From the NCBI GenBank assembly GCA_028534125.1, contig CM052817.1:108130001-108194000 (forward strand): a stretch of 64,000 bases of DNA. The letters are read 5' to 3'. Each line of letters starts with the position of its first letter. The first letter of the stretch is position 1. A program made the translations under genes and the position numbers. The notes under the pieces were generated by a model. The model was not told where the DNA came from. It did no database searches and saw only the letters and a list, made by a program, of their open reading frames with translations. This document shows, piece after piece, positions 38,944 to 51,769 of this stretch. Source of the stretch: Lama glama (taxonomy: Eukaryota).

Positions 38944-39397
38944 TGGTACCAAGTCCAAACTCGTTCTGCTCACCACACGACAGGCTAATAAATCGGGAGA
39001 CAAGGTGTTGGGGCAAGGAACAGCGACTTTATTCAGAAAGCTGGCAGACCAAGAGGATGGCAGACTAATGTCTTGGAGAACCATCCTGCTCCAGTCAGAA
39101 TACAAGATCCTTTAATACAAAAACAAACAAAAAAAAACAATAAACAGGGGAGGCAGTGTGGTCGATTTTTGCAAAGTTCTTGTTGTACAAATTCTTTGTT
39201 CCTGCAGCCGTCCACGTGGGCCAGCTCATGGTGCTCCTGCAAAACCTCCAACAAAACAAATGTTATTCTCCATTCTGCAACTTGTTATCTTTATGTGAGT
39301 GCAGAGCTGGCAAGACTAAGCCTAGAAAACAGGGCCCAGCGGTCAAAGCTAAAGGAACAGATCTAATGGGGAGTCAGATTTGTACTTTTCTGTTACA
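38944..39397 (-). mobile_element. ERV1 solo LTR
   Basis: TG...CA termini (minus strand starts tgtaacagaaaagtacaaatctga and ends cttggtacca), with AATAAA on the minus strand near 39030. The 4-bp flanks are GGGG and GAGG. Both ends are homologous to LTR 42878-43405. Confidence 0.9.
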
Positions 39398-39696
39398 GAG
39401 GTGTACTGTCCTGACAGAGGGAACAGAGGTTTCTGAGGAAGAGTGAGAGCTCGGATGATTGCTTCAGTGAAGTCAGAGGGAATGGCTAGAAATTTCCAGT
39501 ACAAAGCTGTGTCTAGCATGCTTTCCTAGCCCAGCTTCTCCAAAGTAGAGGACTAAAATAAGAGTCAGTAGTGATTATGTTTGTTTTTCTTCACCTTTTC
39601 TTCTGTGGGATGATGAGAGTACAGTGAACCCAGCCTGATGCCAACGTCATTGGCAGTAATGGAAATCTTCCCATGCAAATGTCAGGCAGCGCTCTT

Positions 39697-40245
39697 TTTT
39701 TTTTTTAATTGAAGTACAGTCAGTTACAATGTGTTGATTTCTGGTGTACAGCATAATATTTCAGTCATACATATACATACATATATTCCTTTTCAGATTG
39801 TTTTGCACTGTAAGTTACTTCAAGATATTGAATATAGTTCCCTGTGCTGTACAGAAGAAACCTGATGTTGATCTATTTTATATGTAGTAGTTAGTATCTG
39901 CAAATCTCAAACCCCCTGTTTATCCCTTCCCACCCTCTTCCCCACCTTCCAGTAATCGTAAGTTACTATGTGAGTCTGTTACTGTTTTGTAGATAAGTTC
40001 ATTAGTGTCTTCTTTTTTTTAGATTCTACATATGAGTGATATTATATGGTACTTTTCTTTCTCTTTCTGGCTTATTTCACTTAGAATGATGATCTCCAGG
40101 CCCATCCATGTTGCTTTAAATGACATTATTTTATCCTTTTTATTGCTGAGTAGTATTCCATTTTATAAACATACCACAGCTTCTTTATCCAGTCATCTGT
40201 TGATGGACATCGGTTGTTTCCATGCCTTGGCTACTGTATATAGTG
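39697..40245 (-). mobile_element. 5'-truncated lineage L1 with TSD
   Basis: Poly-T plus L1 3'UTR. The 13-bp TSD is AGGCAGCGCTCTT (39684-39696) and AGGCAGTGCTCTT (40246-40258). Confidence 0.93.
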
Positions 40246-40964
40246 AGGCAGTGCTCTTGAACTTGGGCAGTGGGAACTGTTAGCAAGCAGTGCTGTCCCC
40301 CATCTGGAACCAGCTAGAGGGCTGTTACCCACGGACAAAGGCAGTAAGAAGGAATAACATCATCACTGTAAGTCAGAGCAAGAGCAGGAGATGTCCATGA
40401 AAAGGCCAGGAGAACTGGTCCTCAGTGCACAACAGCGACTTCCCTAGCATCCCAGAATAGTTGGAGAGGATTTTAGGAGAATCTAGATTTGTCAGAAAAC
40501 ATTTTTAAGGTTAATTCAGAGAAATGAAACACTATTTTCATTGTACTGGTATGAATTTAGAAATATGAATTATCAGTAGACTAAAGCTTAAAGAGGGTGA
40601 GGGGCGCTGCAAAAGTGAGCCCAGACATTCTGGGGAAGAAATCCTTTGCATCTATTACAGTTAAAGGGCTCTGACTTCACTAAAGGATGCCTTCTCACTC
40701 TAAGGGGGCCTGAGTTTCTGCTCTCTCTTCTAACGGGAATAAGTCAACGGATCAAAGCTCAAAACGAGCACTTAATTATCGAACACTGAAGAGGAATTAG
40801 AGTATCTGTTTAAACAGACACTTGATAGTAGATTTATCACAAATCAAATAAAAATGATCCACTTTAAAGGAACTTGATGAAATTAGCCCAAGAGGTTTCA
40901 AACTATCAACTTTTGGAACAATCATCTAACGCTCTTATTAAAATGAAATCTACTAGGTCAAAGA

Positions 40965-41082
40965 ACAGATACCCTGATTCTCTCAGTTTTGACTGGGATC
41001 CAGGAATCTCAGTTTTAAACAAGCACACTGAGTGATTCTAAAGCAAGTGGACCTCAAAACACTCACATTTTGAAAAACACTA
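40965..41082. mobile_element. MER5-type fragment
   Basis: 'gggatccaggaatctcagttttaaacaagcac...gtgattctaaagcaagtggacc...tttgaaaaacact'. Confidence 0.6.
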
Positions 41083-42877
41083 AAAATGAGTGATATTAAT
41101 ACTGTATAGAGCATAATTTCAGAACATTCTGAAGCATGCAGTCTTCACATCACATTACAGAATAAAAAGGTCATGCCATCAAAAGCTTAACCCTACAGGG
41201 GTTTCAAGTTATTTTTTTAAGCACATTTAGAAAAAGAATCTACTAATACTGGAGATACTTATGTTAGTGCTTTTCAACCCCATTGACTCATTTTATATGA
41301 AAATGTTCTCTTCTGTTATCTCCTTGCATCGATACCATATTATTCTTTTTTATCTTCTCTAATATGGGGATTTTTCTTACCTAAAATGTTCCCTACCCTT
41401 ATCCTACAGTGTAATCTAGAACATCTTAACTTTTTAAGAATTATTCATAGAAAGCAATTAACTGAAAGTCTTTCATCTAAATCTGATGCCAAATTATAAG
41501 CAACCTAATATTCACACGTAGTTAATTACTACTAAGTCAATATTGTATATTTTAACCTAATTATAATACAAGCATTAGGGGTCTGATGAAGAAAAGATCT
41601 CCTGGCTAATTCAGAAGACAGTTAACCTGCATTAGAGCTGGCAGATTCATAAGCTTGATTGTCTTGATAAAGTACACAATATTAAAAACTGACTGAAAGA
41701 CAATTATTGTAACAATAGTCATTGTAATTGGACACCAGGTGTACATAAGACTGTGTATTTTTTCTAACAGAGACACAATTTGCTGTTGCATTACACCACT
41801 TAGGACTCCTGCCCAAAGAGAACGCTCACCTTTTTCTTCCCTAAGTTCTAAGAGGAAATCTTATAACCACCATTGTTGTACAGAGCCAATGTTGTATCAT
41901 AAGGCTGTGCACATATTATTACTGTCACTTCCTTATTTATAACCTTCTGGGGAACCAGATGTTCACTCCATCTACATAAGGAGTCTTTGTGTATTTAAAA
42001 CAAACTATTATTACCATTTAATTATGTAATGTTAACAATTGTACACATAATGCACAGAAAACCACAACCTTAGAGTGCTGAAATTTAATGACACGTAGGA
42101 ATCAGTTGTGTGTTTGAATGGAAATAAGATTTTCAGGTATCTAGTGTAAGCAATAGATTATTGACAGTTGTGGAAGATTTGAATCTGAGAAGCAGCCCAC
42201 TGAAGGCACGAATTCTGCTTTTCTTCACACACCAGTCTTGTATAAGATCACCTACTGCTCTGTGCACCCTTTCCTAAAAAATTCTTGTCTATTATGTAGA
42301 TAAAGTCAAAACTCTTTTTATTCAAACCCTTTTAATGTTTCTATGGAAATATAAGCCTGCTCCACTATTATATGTCCAGATGTTACAGACACATTGTGTG
42401 CCGTCCTTACACACAGCAGCTTTGAAGCTAAACATTTTTTTTGCATCTCTCTCACGGGAGACACGTAAGCGTCTTGAGGATAAAGGCACCTAGGATACTG
42501 TAAGTTTTCAATAATTCTTCTTAGCCTAAATTTTAAGTCATTTGCTATTTGCCATCAATTCATGTTATTCCTTCTTTTCCTTCTCACGTATTTTTTTTTC
42601 CAATGTGTTTTTCAACTCTGCAAGAGTGCTAATTCTCAATTTGTTCTTTTTTAACCACTCACTTATTGTGCTTGTGGCCTTAAAAACTCTGTTCCGTTTC
42701 AATTTCTATATCACCTTGAAAACCATTCCTGTACACATTCTTTCTGAAGGGAGGCTGTAAATACAAACAATATTGATACCTCACCATTTCCAACCATACT
42801 GAATATTAAAGATTAAATTGTTATCTTTAAAATTGCTATTATCATTTTACTTCAGGCAGGAGAGAAAATTAAGGAAT

Positions 42878-43405
42878 TGCAATAGGGAAGAACAAATCTG
42901 ATCCATACTGGATCTGTTTCCCTTACTTTGGCCTTTGTATTCATTGCTTTTGCTACAAGTTGATCGCTACAAGTTGATCACCACAAGGGATGTTGCCTGC
43001 AAGTTAAATGCTACATAATGGCCCATTTCCCAGAACCGTGCCTCCCAGGTCTGAGCGTTAAGCTAAAATGCCTTTGTTTAGCTCACAGGAAACATCTTGA
43101 CTGGGCTCACCTGTGAATGGTTTCAGGAAAGAAGAAATTAAACATCCCCACTGAGTGTGGCCACAACCAGGACATTTTGCAATAACTTATTACCTTTTCA
43201 CTTTACCTCCTCACTCACTCCCTCTTCCTTCTGTAAAAGAAACTAGCATCCAAACCCAGGCAAGATGGTTCTTTGGGACACTAGTCCTCCAACTTCTTGG
43301 ACTGTTGACTTTCCGAATAAAGTCACTATTCCTTGCCCCAACACCTCGCGTGTCAATTTATTGGCCTGTCACATGGTGAGCCGTATGACTTTGGACTCGG
43401 TAACA
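42878..43405 (+). mobile_element. ERV1 solo LTR with perfect TSD
   Basis: Starts TGCAATAGGG and ends CTCGGTAACA, flanked by GAAT on both sides. AATAAA near 43316. Internal 14-bp duplication gctacaagttgatc. Confidence 0.93.
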
Positions 43406-43988
43406 GAATGAGAGATTGAAACTACTGACATGTCACTTAGGTAGATCTAAAACTAGAAATTTCTTTCTTGTTCGAATTTCAGTTCAGTTCAGTTTGGGTA
43501 CATCTGTTTGATTGGTATTATAAGTCTATACTTCTTTTTAAGAAGTTAATGTGACATTTTATTTATTCAGTGAAATATTTCCATAGCCTGCGGTAGCCAC
43601 TGATTTCAACACATCTGTGAAATTCGATAATGCTGTGATGAGCCAGCGTGTGGATGGGAAGGGAAATGGCCTGGACTTCTGCAATAGATTTCAACAGAGT
43701 AGGAGAAACACACGGTTCACCCAGTCAGACACAGTTCTCGTCCTCATCCACTGTGACTTTACCTTTCCCGCTGCTCTCTTTCAACTGCTTTTCTTTTGAA
43801 AAACTACTTTCTGGTAGAAAGAGAGAGCTGTAATAAGTTCAGACATGTGCTAACCCTTCCAAAGTTCATGGTCCTTGAAACAGCCATCTCAAGAGTCATG
43901 AGAAGCCGTCACTTGGACTGATTCATAGGAGAATAGAGCTTTACAAATTCTCATGGCTGTTTCCTCTGGGTACAGTCCTTGTCACAGA

Positions 43989-44014
43989 TGTGTGTGTGTG
44001 TGTGTGTATGTGTA
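43989..44014. repeat. (TG)n microsatellite
   Basis: Direct reading. Confidence 0.9.
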
Positions 44015-44018
44015 TAAA

Positions 44019-44561
44019 TGTTGCAGAAAAACGTGTTACAGTTCGGTGTTATAGCTCGGTGTTACAGCTCGGTATTTCAGCAACCTGGATCTGGGCGAGA
44101 GACCAAGCAGCACTCGGAGAGTTGGAGAACACAGGGTTATTACACCAGCGGGCCCAGAGGAGTTAACACTCCAAGCTCTGGATTCCGTCTGTAGGTTTAC
44201 ACAGGCCTTTATATGCTGCCAGTTTTACACTTTGCAACATTATATGCAAATAAAGTATAACAGAAGTTGACCAACTAGGAACAAGCTTTGTAGAAATAGA
44301 ACAATCAGGAGTGTGAGAAATAACCAATCAGGAGTGAGGGGAATGGACCAATCAGGAGTGAAGGAAATAACCAATCAGGAGCGAGCTCAGGGAACCAATA
44401 GAATTTTAGGGGTAAGTTCCACTTTCCTAGAAGTAAGCAGTTTCAGAGGCAAAAAGTGAGACAGAGCCTCTGGGCTGGGGAGCCGGATGGTGCTGGCAGA
44501 AGAGTAGTGGCCCTGCCTGGGGGTCTTGCCAGTCTTTTTTTTTATGAGGCTTTCCACCTCA
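44019..44561 (-). mobile_element. Young ERV solo LTR with perfect TSD and CCAAT array
   Basis: TG...CA termini flanked by TAAA on both sides. Minus-strand TATAAA at 44208-44213, repeated CCAAT units at 44301-44400, 13-bp tandem repeats at 44033-44080, and retained CpGs. Confidence 0.9.
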
Positions 44562-44599
44562 TAAACATAATGCTGATTCCACTGAAGATCCTTGCTCTA

Positions 44600-45230
44600 A
44601 AGATTCATTTATTTCACAAATATATTTTTTTGATTATCTCCTACATGTCAAGCCCTCTGATGTGCATTGAGGATATGATGATACAATTGCTTATTGTTTC
44701 ACAAAATTGGGAGTAACATTCATCAGATAACCACAGAAACAAATACATATTTGAAAATTATTAAAGTAAGCTAAATAGAAAAATTGAGAAGTTTTATGAG
44801 AGAGAATGGAGGGGGCACTTTGAGAGGCTTTGTTGAAGTAGTCGCACTTGAGCTGACACTTAAGGGATATAATGCAGTTGAATCATAGATTACGAACCCT
44901 AAGATAATGTTTTAGACAGTGTCTGCAACCCACTTAAAGTCCCTGAGGTAAGGAAGAGGAGGGCCTCTTACAGGAGCAGTAGGAAGGACTCTGTCTGGAA
45001 TCTAGCTTTGGGGGAGATGATGATGATTAAGAGGAACTCTGAGGACCCCATCCTGCAGGGCTTTGTAGGATGCAATTAGGATTTGGAAGCTTTACCTTTA
45101 ATACAATGGAAAGGCATGGATGAGCTCAGAGTAGGACAGAATGATTTATATTTTTTAAAAAATCTCAGTACAATGTCAGGATGACTAAAATAAAGGAGGG
45201 AAGTGGAAGTAAAGAAATAACTCCTCTACG
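44600..45230 (-). mobile_element. L2 fragment
   Basis: 'attcatttatttcacaaatattt...ctacatgtcaagccct', 'cacttgagctgacacttaaggga' and 'gcagggctttgtagg'. Confidence 0.6.
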
Positions 45231-46714
45231 TGTATGACATAGGAGACACAGACTTGGGGATTGAAACTCATTTGTGGGAGACCGCTTGATTTTGGTGTCA
45301 GATATGACTTCTGACCCTCTTCAGTTGGGAAGAGATTTCTAATTAACTGCCAGTAAGCTAATAATATTCACACCTGCAGGGGAACTTGTGAAAATCTTTC
45401 ATGCCAGTCTGGGAAGACACAGTGATCTTTACAGAAAAAAAAATTTGGTTGGATATTTTTGTGGTCTAGTATTCCTCTTGTCTTCAAGTTCTTCTGGGAA
45501 TGAACTTGAAAATATACTGAAGATTCCATAAGGAGACTCATTTGAAATTAAAATAATCAATCTGCTGCCAACGTAGAAATCCATAAACACTTGACACATT
45601 AAAAATTAAATACAATTTAACTGTTTTACTGATGTGGGTTTTTAACATAAGAGATGTTTTTGGTGCTAGAAATGACCTCCACAGGTTAGTTCCGCACAGA
45701 TATGTTTAAGTCACAACTAATTTAAAAATTTAATTTCTATGCCTATTGTCTTATCATTTTTGTTTGCTTTCACCACTAACTCTATTGAAAAAATAACCCA
45801 CACTCCCTACTTAGCATCATGAGCACATTTCCTCGCTGTTACCAGGTATAAAACCATCATCCAAGATCACTAATTACCTCCTAACTGCCAAATACAGCGG
45901 CTTCCCCTAAGTCCACAAGCCACTTCATCTTTTCACAACATGTATCTACATCTTTTACAAACATGCTATCTCCTTTTGTTCTATTTTTTCTGTACATGTT
46001 CTTTAAATTTCAGTATGTACCAAAGCAGCTTTCTCACTGAGCACTGCCCCATACATTCTAAAGCTTCTCCTCTGTACGTTATGACTTCCTTCTTTATCTA
46101 CAAATCCATCTGCCAACCTGCCACCCACCCACCAAAATGGGTATAAATCAGGATTCAGCATTTCCCGTCAGCTCCTTATTCTTATTTCTTATTCCTTATT
46201 CTTATTTACAGAGTTCCCCACCGGGGTCATGGGCCCCTTCATCTTACAACCACTTTTAAATCAGCTGCCTTGGCTTAAAAATTCTTCATGAACAATCACT
46301 CTTGTTTTCTTCACTGCCCCTCACGCTACCTAAACGAATACACTAATCATTTGCCCTGGCCCATAATCTTTCTCTTTTTGATTTTATTATTTACATAACT
46401 TTCTTATTTATTTTCCCCAATTACTGGCGACATGATAGCATCCCCTTCATCCAAAACCTGCTTGGAAAAATACAGCCTAAATTCTTCACGAAAACTTCAA
46501 AACAATTGTGATCCAACTATAAACCACTTTTCCAACTTCATCTATAGATAGCGCTCTTTACATATTGCATTGTATTCGCCCTCCCAGTGGAACTAGCTGT
46601 TTTTAGAAGGCACTGCTTACCTCTCTGGTTACTCTCTTAGGTTGGGTGCCTTAGAAACAGAGCCTGAGACTGAGGTTCTTGTGAAGCCATGCTCTCTGAA
46701 GAAAGAAAGTACCA

Positions 46715-47069
46715 GAGATGGAATGCTTTATCCTGCGCCACCCCCACAAATTTATATATTGAAATGTAACCAAGATCATGGTATTAGGAGGTGGGACTTT
46801 GGCAGGTGATTAGGTCTTGAGGGTGGATCCCACATGGATGGGATCAGTGCCCTTTTGGAAGAGACCCCGGGGAGGTCCCTGGCCCCTTCCTCCTTCCACC
46901 ATGTGAGGACGCAGTGGGAGGACAGCCATCAGTGTCACCAGGCACTGAATCCACCAGAACCTTGATTTTGGACCTCCCAGCTTCCAGAACAGGAAGAAAT
47001 AAATTTCTGTTGTTTACAGTTACCTGGTGTATGGTCGTTCTGGTATAGCAGGCTGAATGGACCAAGACA
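46715..47069 (+). mobile_element. MLT1A-type MaLR solo LTR
   Basis: 'atggtattaggaggtgggactttggcaggtgattaggtcttgagggtgga...ccttgattttggacctcccagcttccagaac...aaataaatttctgttgttta...tatagcaggctgaatggaccaagaca'. Confidence 0.9.
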
Positions 47070-47164
47070 TTAAGAAAGGGAAATGTTAGGAATACATTGC
47101 TCCTTTTTTGTCTTTAAAGAGCATGTTGTTTTTTATCAGCATTTATCACATTTTCTTCTGTCTT

Positions 47165-47392
47165 CTTTTATTTTTTTCCCATTAAAAAAAAAAACTGAAG
47201 CATGATCAGTTTACAATGTTGTGTCAATGTCTGGTGTCCAGCATAATACTTCATTCATACATAAACATACATATATTCGTTTTCATGTTATTTTTCATCA
47301 TAGGTTACTATAACATATTGAATATAGGTCCCTGTGCTGCACAGTATAAATTTGTTGTTTCTTTTATATATAGTAGTTAGTACCTGCAAATG
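47165..47392 (-). mobile_element. Lineage L1 3' end fragment
   Basis: Homologous to 39700-39905 ('cagtttacaatgttgtgtcaatgtctggtg...ttgaatataggtccctgtgctg...tagtagttagtacctgcaaat'). Confidence 0.85.
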
Positions 47393-48184
47393 AGTTACTA
47401 ATATGTAATGAAGCCCTTGGGAACAAAGACAATTTTTTTTGTTCTTCATTTTTATTCTTCGGCCACTACAGCTCCACGGATAAAGCTCTATAACACAGTC
47501 AGAAATTTTAGAATATTTCTTGAAATGTATTGTCAGTAAAAAGTGAACATTTTACAGGAAATCTGAAAAGTAGAAATCTTATTTTCTGGAAAAAGGTGAT
47601 TATATATTTTACATTTCAATGCTATATTTATGGCTATGGATTTAAGGTCTTCTTTTGTATTTTATGTCAGACCTTTCAAAAATCATTATTTTTTTGTCAC
47701 TGAAATGCCATTTGGTATTGTTCCAAGATTAACTATATTAGTCGTTCTTTTTTTTTTTTCTATACCAGAACTGAAAGCTATTAGACATAAAGTTCATAAA
47801 ACTCAAAAGAACCTCGGGAGGCTGCCTTAGTGCAAGTGCTAAGTGGAACTGAGGACTGTTCTTAAATTGTTCACAAAGGCAGCCGCCCACTTTCTCCATT
47901 AATTTTTTTTTTTAAAGAACAAGCTACCATTTCAATATTTTACAACCTTTCGAGGCTTTCTTTCTACGTGCAAAACTCTAATGGGTCTGTTTTTCTGCTT
48001 TCTGGGCCTCTCTGATGCAATCTGAATTCTCACTAAGCTGCTTTTATAATTGAAGCCAAACATCCTATTTTCATGTTATCTTTTTCCATTGGCTTAAGGT
48101 GTCTTCAAACTCCATCGATTTTATTTTCCCCTTGACGTTAGAAAAAGCACTGTAACACGAATTATTTAACTCGTTTTACTGAAC

Positions 48185-50338
48185 ATTTTTATTTTGAGGT
48201 CATTGTAAATATCCCCTGCAGCTGTAAGAAATAATACCTTTTAACCAGTCCTCCTTTACGGTAATACTTTGAAAGTCACAGAACAATGTCACAACCAGGA
48301 CAGTGACACTGACACAGCCACGATACAGAAATCATCCCTCACCCCAAGCATCCCTCATGGTGCAGTATCCCTCCTGCTCCTTAACTCTGCTCCCACTAAC
48401 AGGAGAACTATATAAATGAAATCATCTAACATACAGTCTTTACATTGGCCTTTGTCACTCAGTTTAATTCCCTTGAGATTCATCTAGGTTCCTGCAGGTA
48501 TCAATACTTTGCTCTTTTTTAGTGTTAAACAGTATTCCATGGTGTGGATGTACCAGTTTGTTCAAACTTTCACTCAGGGAAGGACATCTGGGTTATTTAC
48601 AGCTTTGGATCTTACATGCAGAATTACTATCAACATTCATGTGCAGGTTTTCATGTGAACATGAATCTTCACTCTCTTGGGCTAATAGCCTAATAGTGCA
48701 ATTTCTGGGTCACATGACAATTGCATGTTCTTTTTTTTTTTTTATAACAGAGTCAAACTGATTTTGAGTGTAGTTGTTCCATTTGACATGGACACCTGCA
48801 ATGTATGAGTGATCAAGCTTCTCTACTGTCTTACCAGTGTTTAATCCTGATGCTATTTTTTATTTTACCCATTCTGATCATGTGTACTAGTATTTCACTC
48901 TTGTTTTAACTTGCATTTCCCTAATGGCCGATATTGAGCATTTCCCAAATGGCTGATGATACTGAGCATTTTTTTCATGTGCTTATTTGCCATCTTCTTC
49001 ATTGAAATATATCTTGATGTATTTCTCCCATTTTCTAATTGGATTGTTTATCTTTTTAATATTGACTTTTGGGAGCTCTTTATATATTCAAGATACTAGT
49101 CCTTTTACAGATATGTGATTTGCAAATATTTCTACCCACTTTGTAGCTTGACTTCATTTTCTTTTGCAGGCAAAGTTTTCAATTTTGATGAAGTCCCGTA
49201 TTCCAGGATTTTTGTTTTATGAACCATGGTTTTGTTTTTCTGTGAAGCTGGAGGATTCTTGCCTTAACCTGAAGAATTTCTCCTATTTGTCTCCAAAAGT
49301 TTTATAGTTTATGTTTAATTACACAATTCATTTTGAGTTAATTTTTGTATAAGTTGTAAAACTGAGGTAAGGGTTTTTTTTTTTCTTTTTATTTTTTGGC
49401 TATGAATGGTCAATTGTTCCAGTACCATTTGTTGGGAAAGCTATCCATTCAATGGATAATGGCTTTATCACCTTTATTGAAATCAGTTGCATATATTTGT
49501 GCTGGTCCATTTTGGATACTTTGTTCCAGTCCATTGATCTATGCGTGTCTATCCTTCCACCAACACCACAGAGGTATGTTTACTGTTACTATTTAATAAT
49601 TCTTGAAATTAAGTAACTGATTCCTCCAACTCTACTTGTCTTCTTCAAAATACTCTTTTCTATTCTCAGTCCTTTGCAGTTCTATATAAATTTTGATATG
49701 ATCTTGTCTGTTCTACAGAAAATCTTGCTGGGATTCTAATCAAAATTGCATTAACCCTGTATGTCAATTTGGGGAGAACTGACATCTTTACTATGTTGAC
49801 TCTTCCAATTCATGAACATAGTATGTGTCTCCATTTATTTAGGTCTTTTAGGTTTTTTCCCTTCAATGTTGTACAGTTTTCAGCATACAAATTCTGTGCT
49901 TATTTTATTAGATTTATGCTTAAGTATTTTAATTTTTGAGGAATTGTGAGTGGCATTGCACTTTTACTTTCAATTTTCACATATTCATTGTTAGTAGATA
50001 AAAATGCAATTGATTTTCATGTGTCAATCCTTGCTGAAGTTTTGGGGATATTTTGGGGGTTTTGGTACATTTCTTGAGATCTTCTACATAATTAAATATG
50101 CTGTCTGCGAATCAGGATGGTTTTAACTTTTTCCTTTCCAATCTGTATACTTTATTTCTTTTTCTTGCTTTATTGGCTAAAACTTCCAAAACTATGTTGA
50201 AAAAGAGTGGTAAGGGTGTACTTCTTTGTCTTCTTCTGTCTTAAAGGGAAAATATTCAATCTTTCAACATTAAGTATAATGTAAGCTGTAGGTTTTCTGT
50301 AGATTTTCTTTGTAAAGTTGAGGAAATTTCCCTGTTTA
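48185..50338 (-). mobile_element. L1MC1-like LINE (3' end plus ORF2 remnant)
   Basis: 'ttttattttgaggtcattgtaaat...gcagctgtaagaaataatac', 'ttgcatttccctaatggc' and 'caatttggggagaactgacatctttactatgttgactcttccaattcatgaacat'. Confidence 0.9.
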
Positions 50339-51769
50339 CCAGCCACTTTACTGGCACACCAATGACACTTTTCTAAAAATTGGACAAACTACTGAATTCC
50401 CTAGGGCTATGTTGAGAAGAAAAATCATGTAATTTTGATGTTTAGTTCTATACTTAGAAGTGTTATTAAGGCAATGGGAAATAAAAGGATGAAGCTGAGG
50501 GAATAGAAGTAACTCAAAGATAAGATGAAGTCATCATCAGAGTCTTAAGTATAGAAGGGATTTCCTCAAACTTGCATATGCCTGCCTCCAAACCCAAGCT
50601 CCGGAATGCTTTACTGCTCAGTTATAGAGTAGAGTATAGATTTTGTCAAAGGATGTGTTTATCAATTATCAGGAACACAAACACAGTCTAAAGCACATCC
50701 CTCTTCTTTCAAAATACTTGAGAATGTGTTAGAATTCTCTCAGTCTACACATTTTATTGGATGCAAGGGTGCACAAAACTTTGTCTCACAAATAAATATG
50801 CTAGATCATGTATTCCAGTTACAACTTCCTTGTTCTTTCTCTTTTTTCTCTTTTTAGTAAATATTTATTGAGTTTCTCTAAGAACCAATCTTTGCTGCCT
50901 TGTAGGAAAACCAGTATTTCTGTTATGCTGTTGTGGATGGTCCTCAACTAGGACTAGAGGCATGGCAAACCTATCTCAGAAGAAGTTCGCCACTGAAAGA
51001 CTGAGTAAGTAGCTCAGTCACCTTGGATCATATATTTGCTGTTGCACAAAATGCCCCGTGATATCAGCAGCTGTATGCTTTACATCAAAGACTTCAGAAC
51101 AAAAGCTAAGAACATTTACGGAACTTCTGGAGAACATTGCTTTCTTCTATTATAAGAGGGATGGAAAAGAAACTATTTCATGCAGAAGGCTACTGAGCAA
51201 TGCTGGAGTGGAGAATATTTTTCCAAAATCAATAACTCAAATGTTTAATAAACAGGGCCATTCTATATTTAGTAACAAAATGAGATGAAAAGACCATTTG
51301 GAGGACCTTGCTTTATACCACTTTTTACACCTAATACCAGTCACTAAATTGGTTCTTGACAAATGTCTGTCTCCTAATTGCAAATCAGTGCCTTCCTCAT
51401 AGCACCGCACTCCCCTCATTTTTGGTCAAATAAAAATATAATTCACATTAATAAGATACTAGAAAAAATATATTACTGATGGAAGATAATCACACATTAT
51501 TGTACACTCTCATTTTTGATTAATAATTTATAAGGTGAAGCAATAATTTACAAGATGAAACAATAATAATTAGGAACACATATTTTACATCCATCCACGT
51601 GCTGAGTAATCACGTCAATACTGGGGGCTAAATTTACTTTTCAACTTTCCAAAGCGATATTAGATAGTATTGAGGTAGAATCACCCACTGGAAATTGAAT
51701 GGAAGGATATATAGCAATGATTTTAATGGAATGTTGACTTTGTGTCAAGCAGAGGAGAGGAGTTATGTG

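Noticed and set aside
38944..43405. Intact provirus between two related LTRs
   Set aside because: The LTRs are inverted with separate TSDs, and the intervening DNA has no gag, pol or env, only L1, MER5 and unique sequence.
44033..44405. CRISPR-like repeat array
   Set aside because: Head-to-tail tandem units with no unique spacers, inside an LTR in mammalian DNA, with no cas genes.
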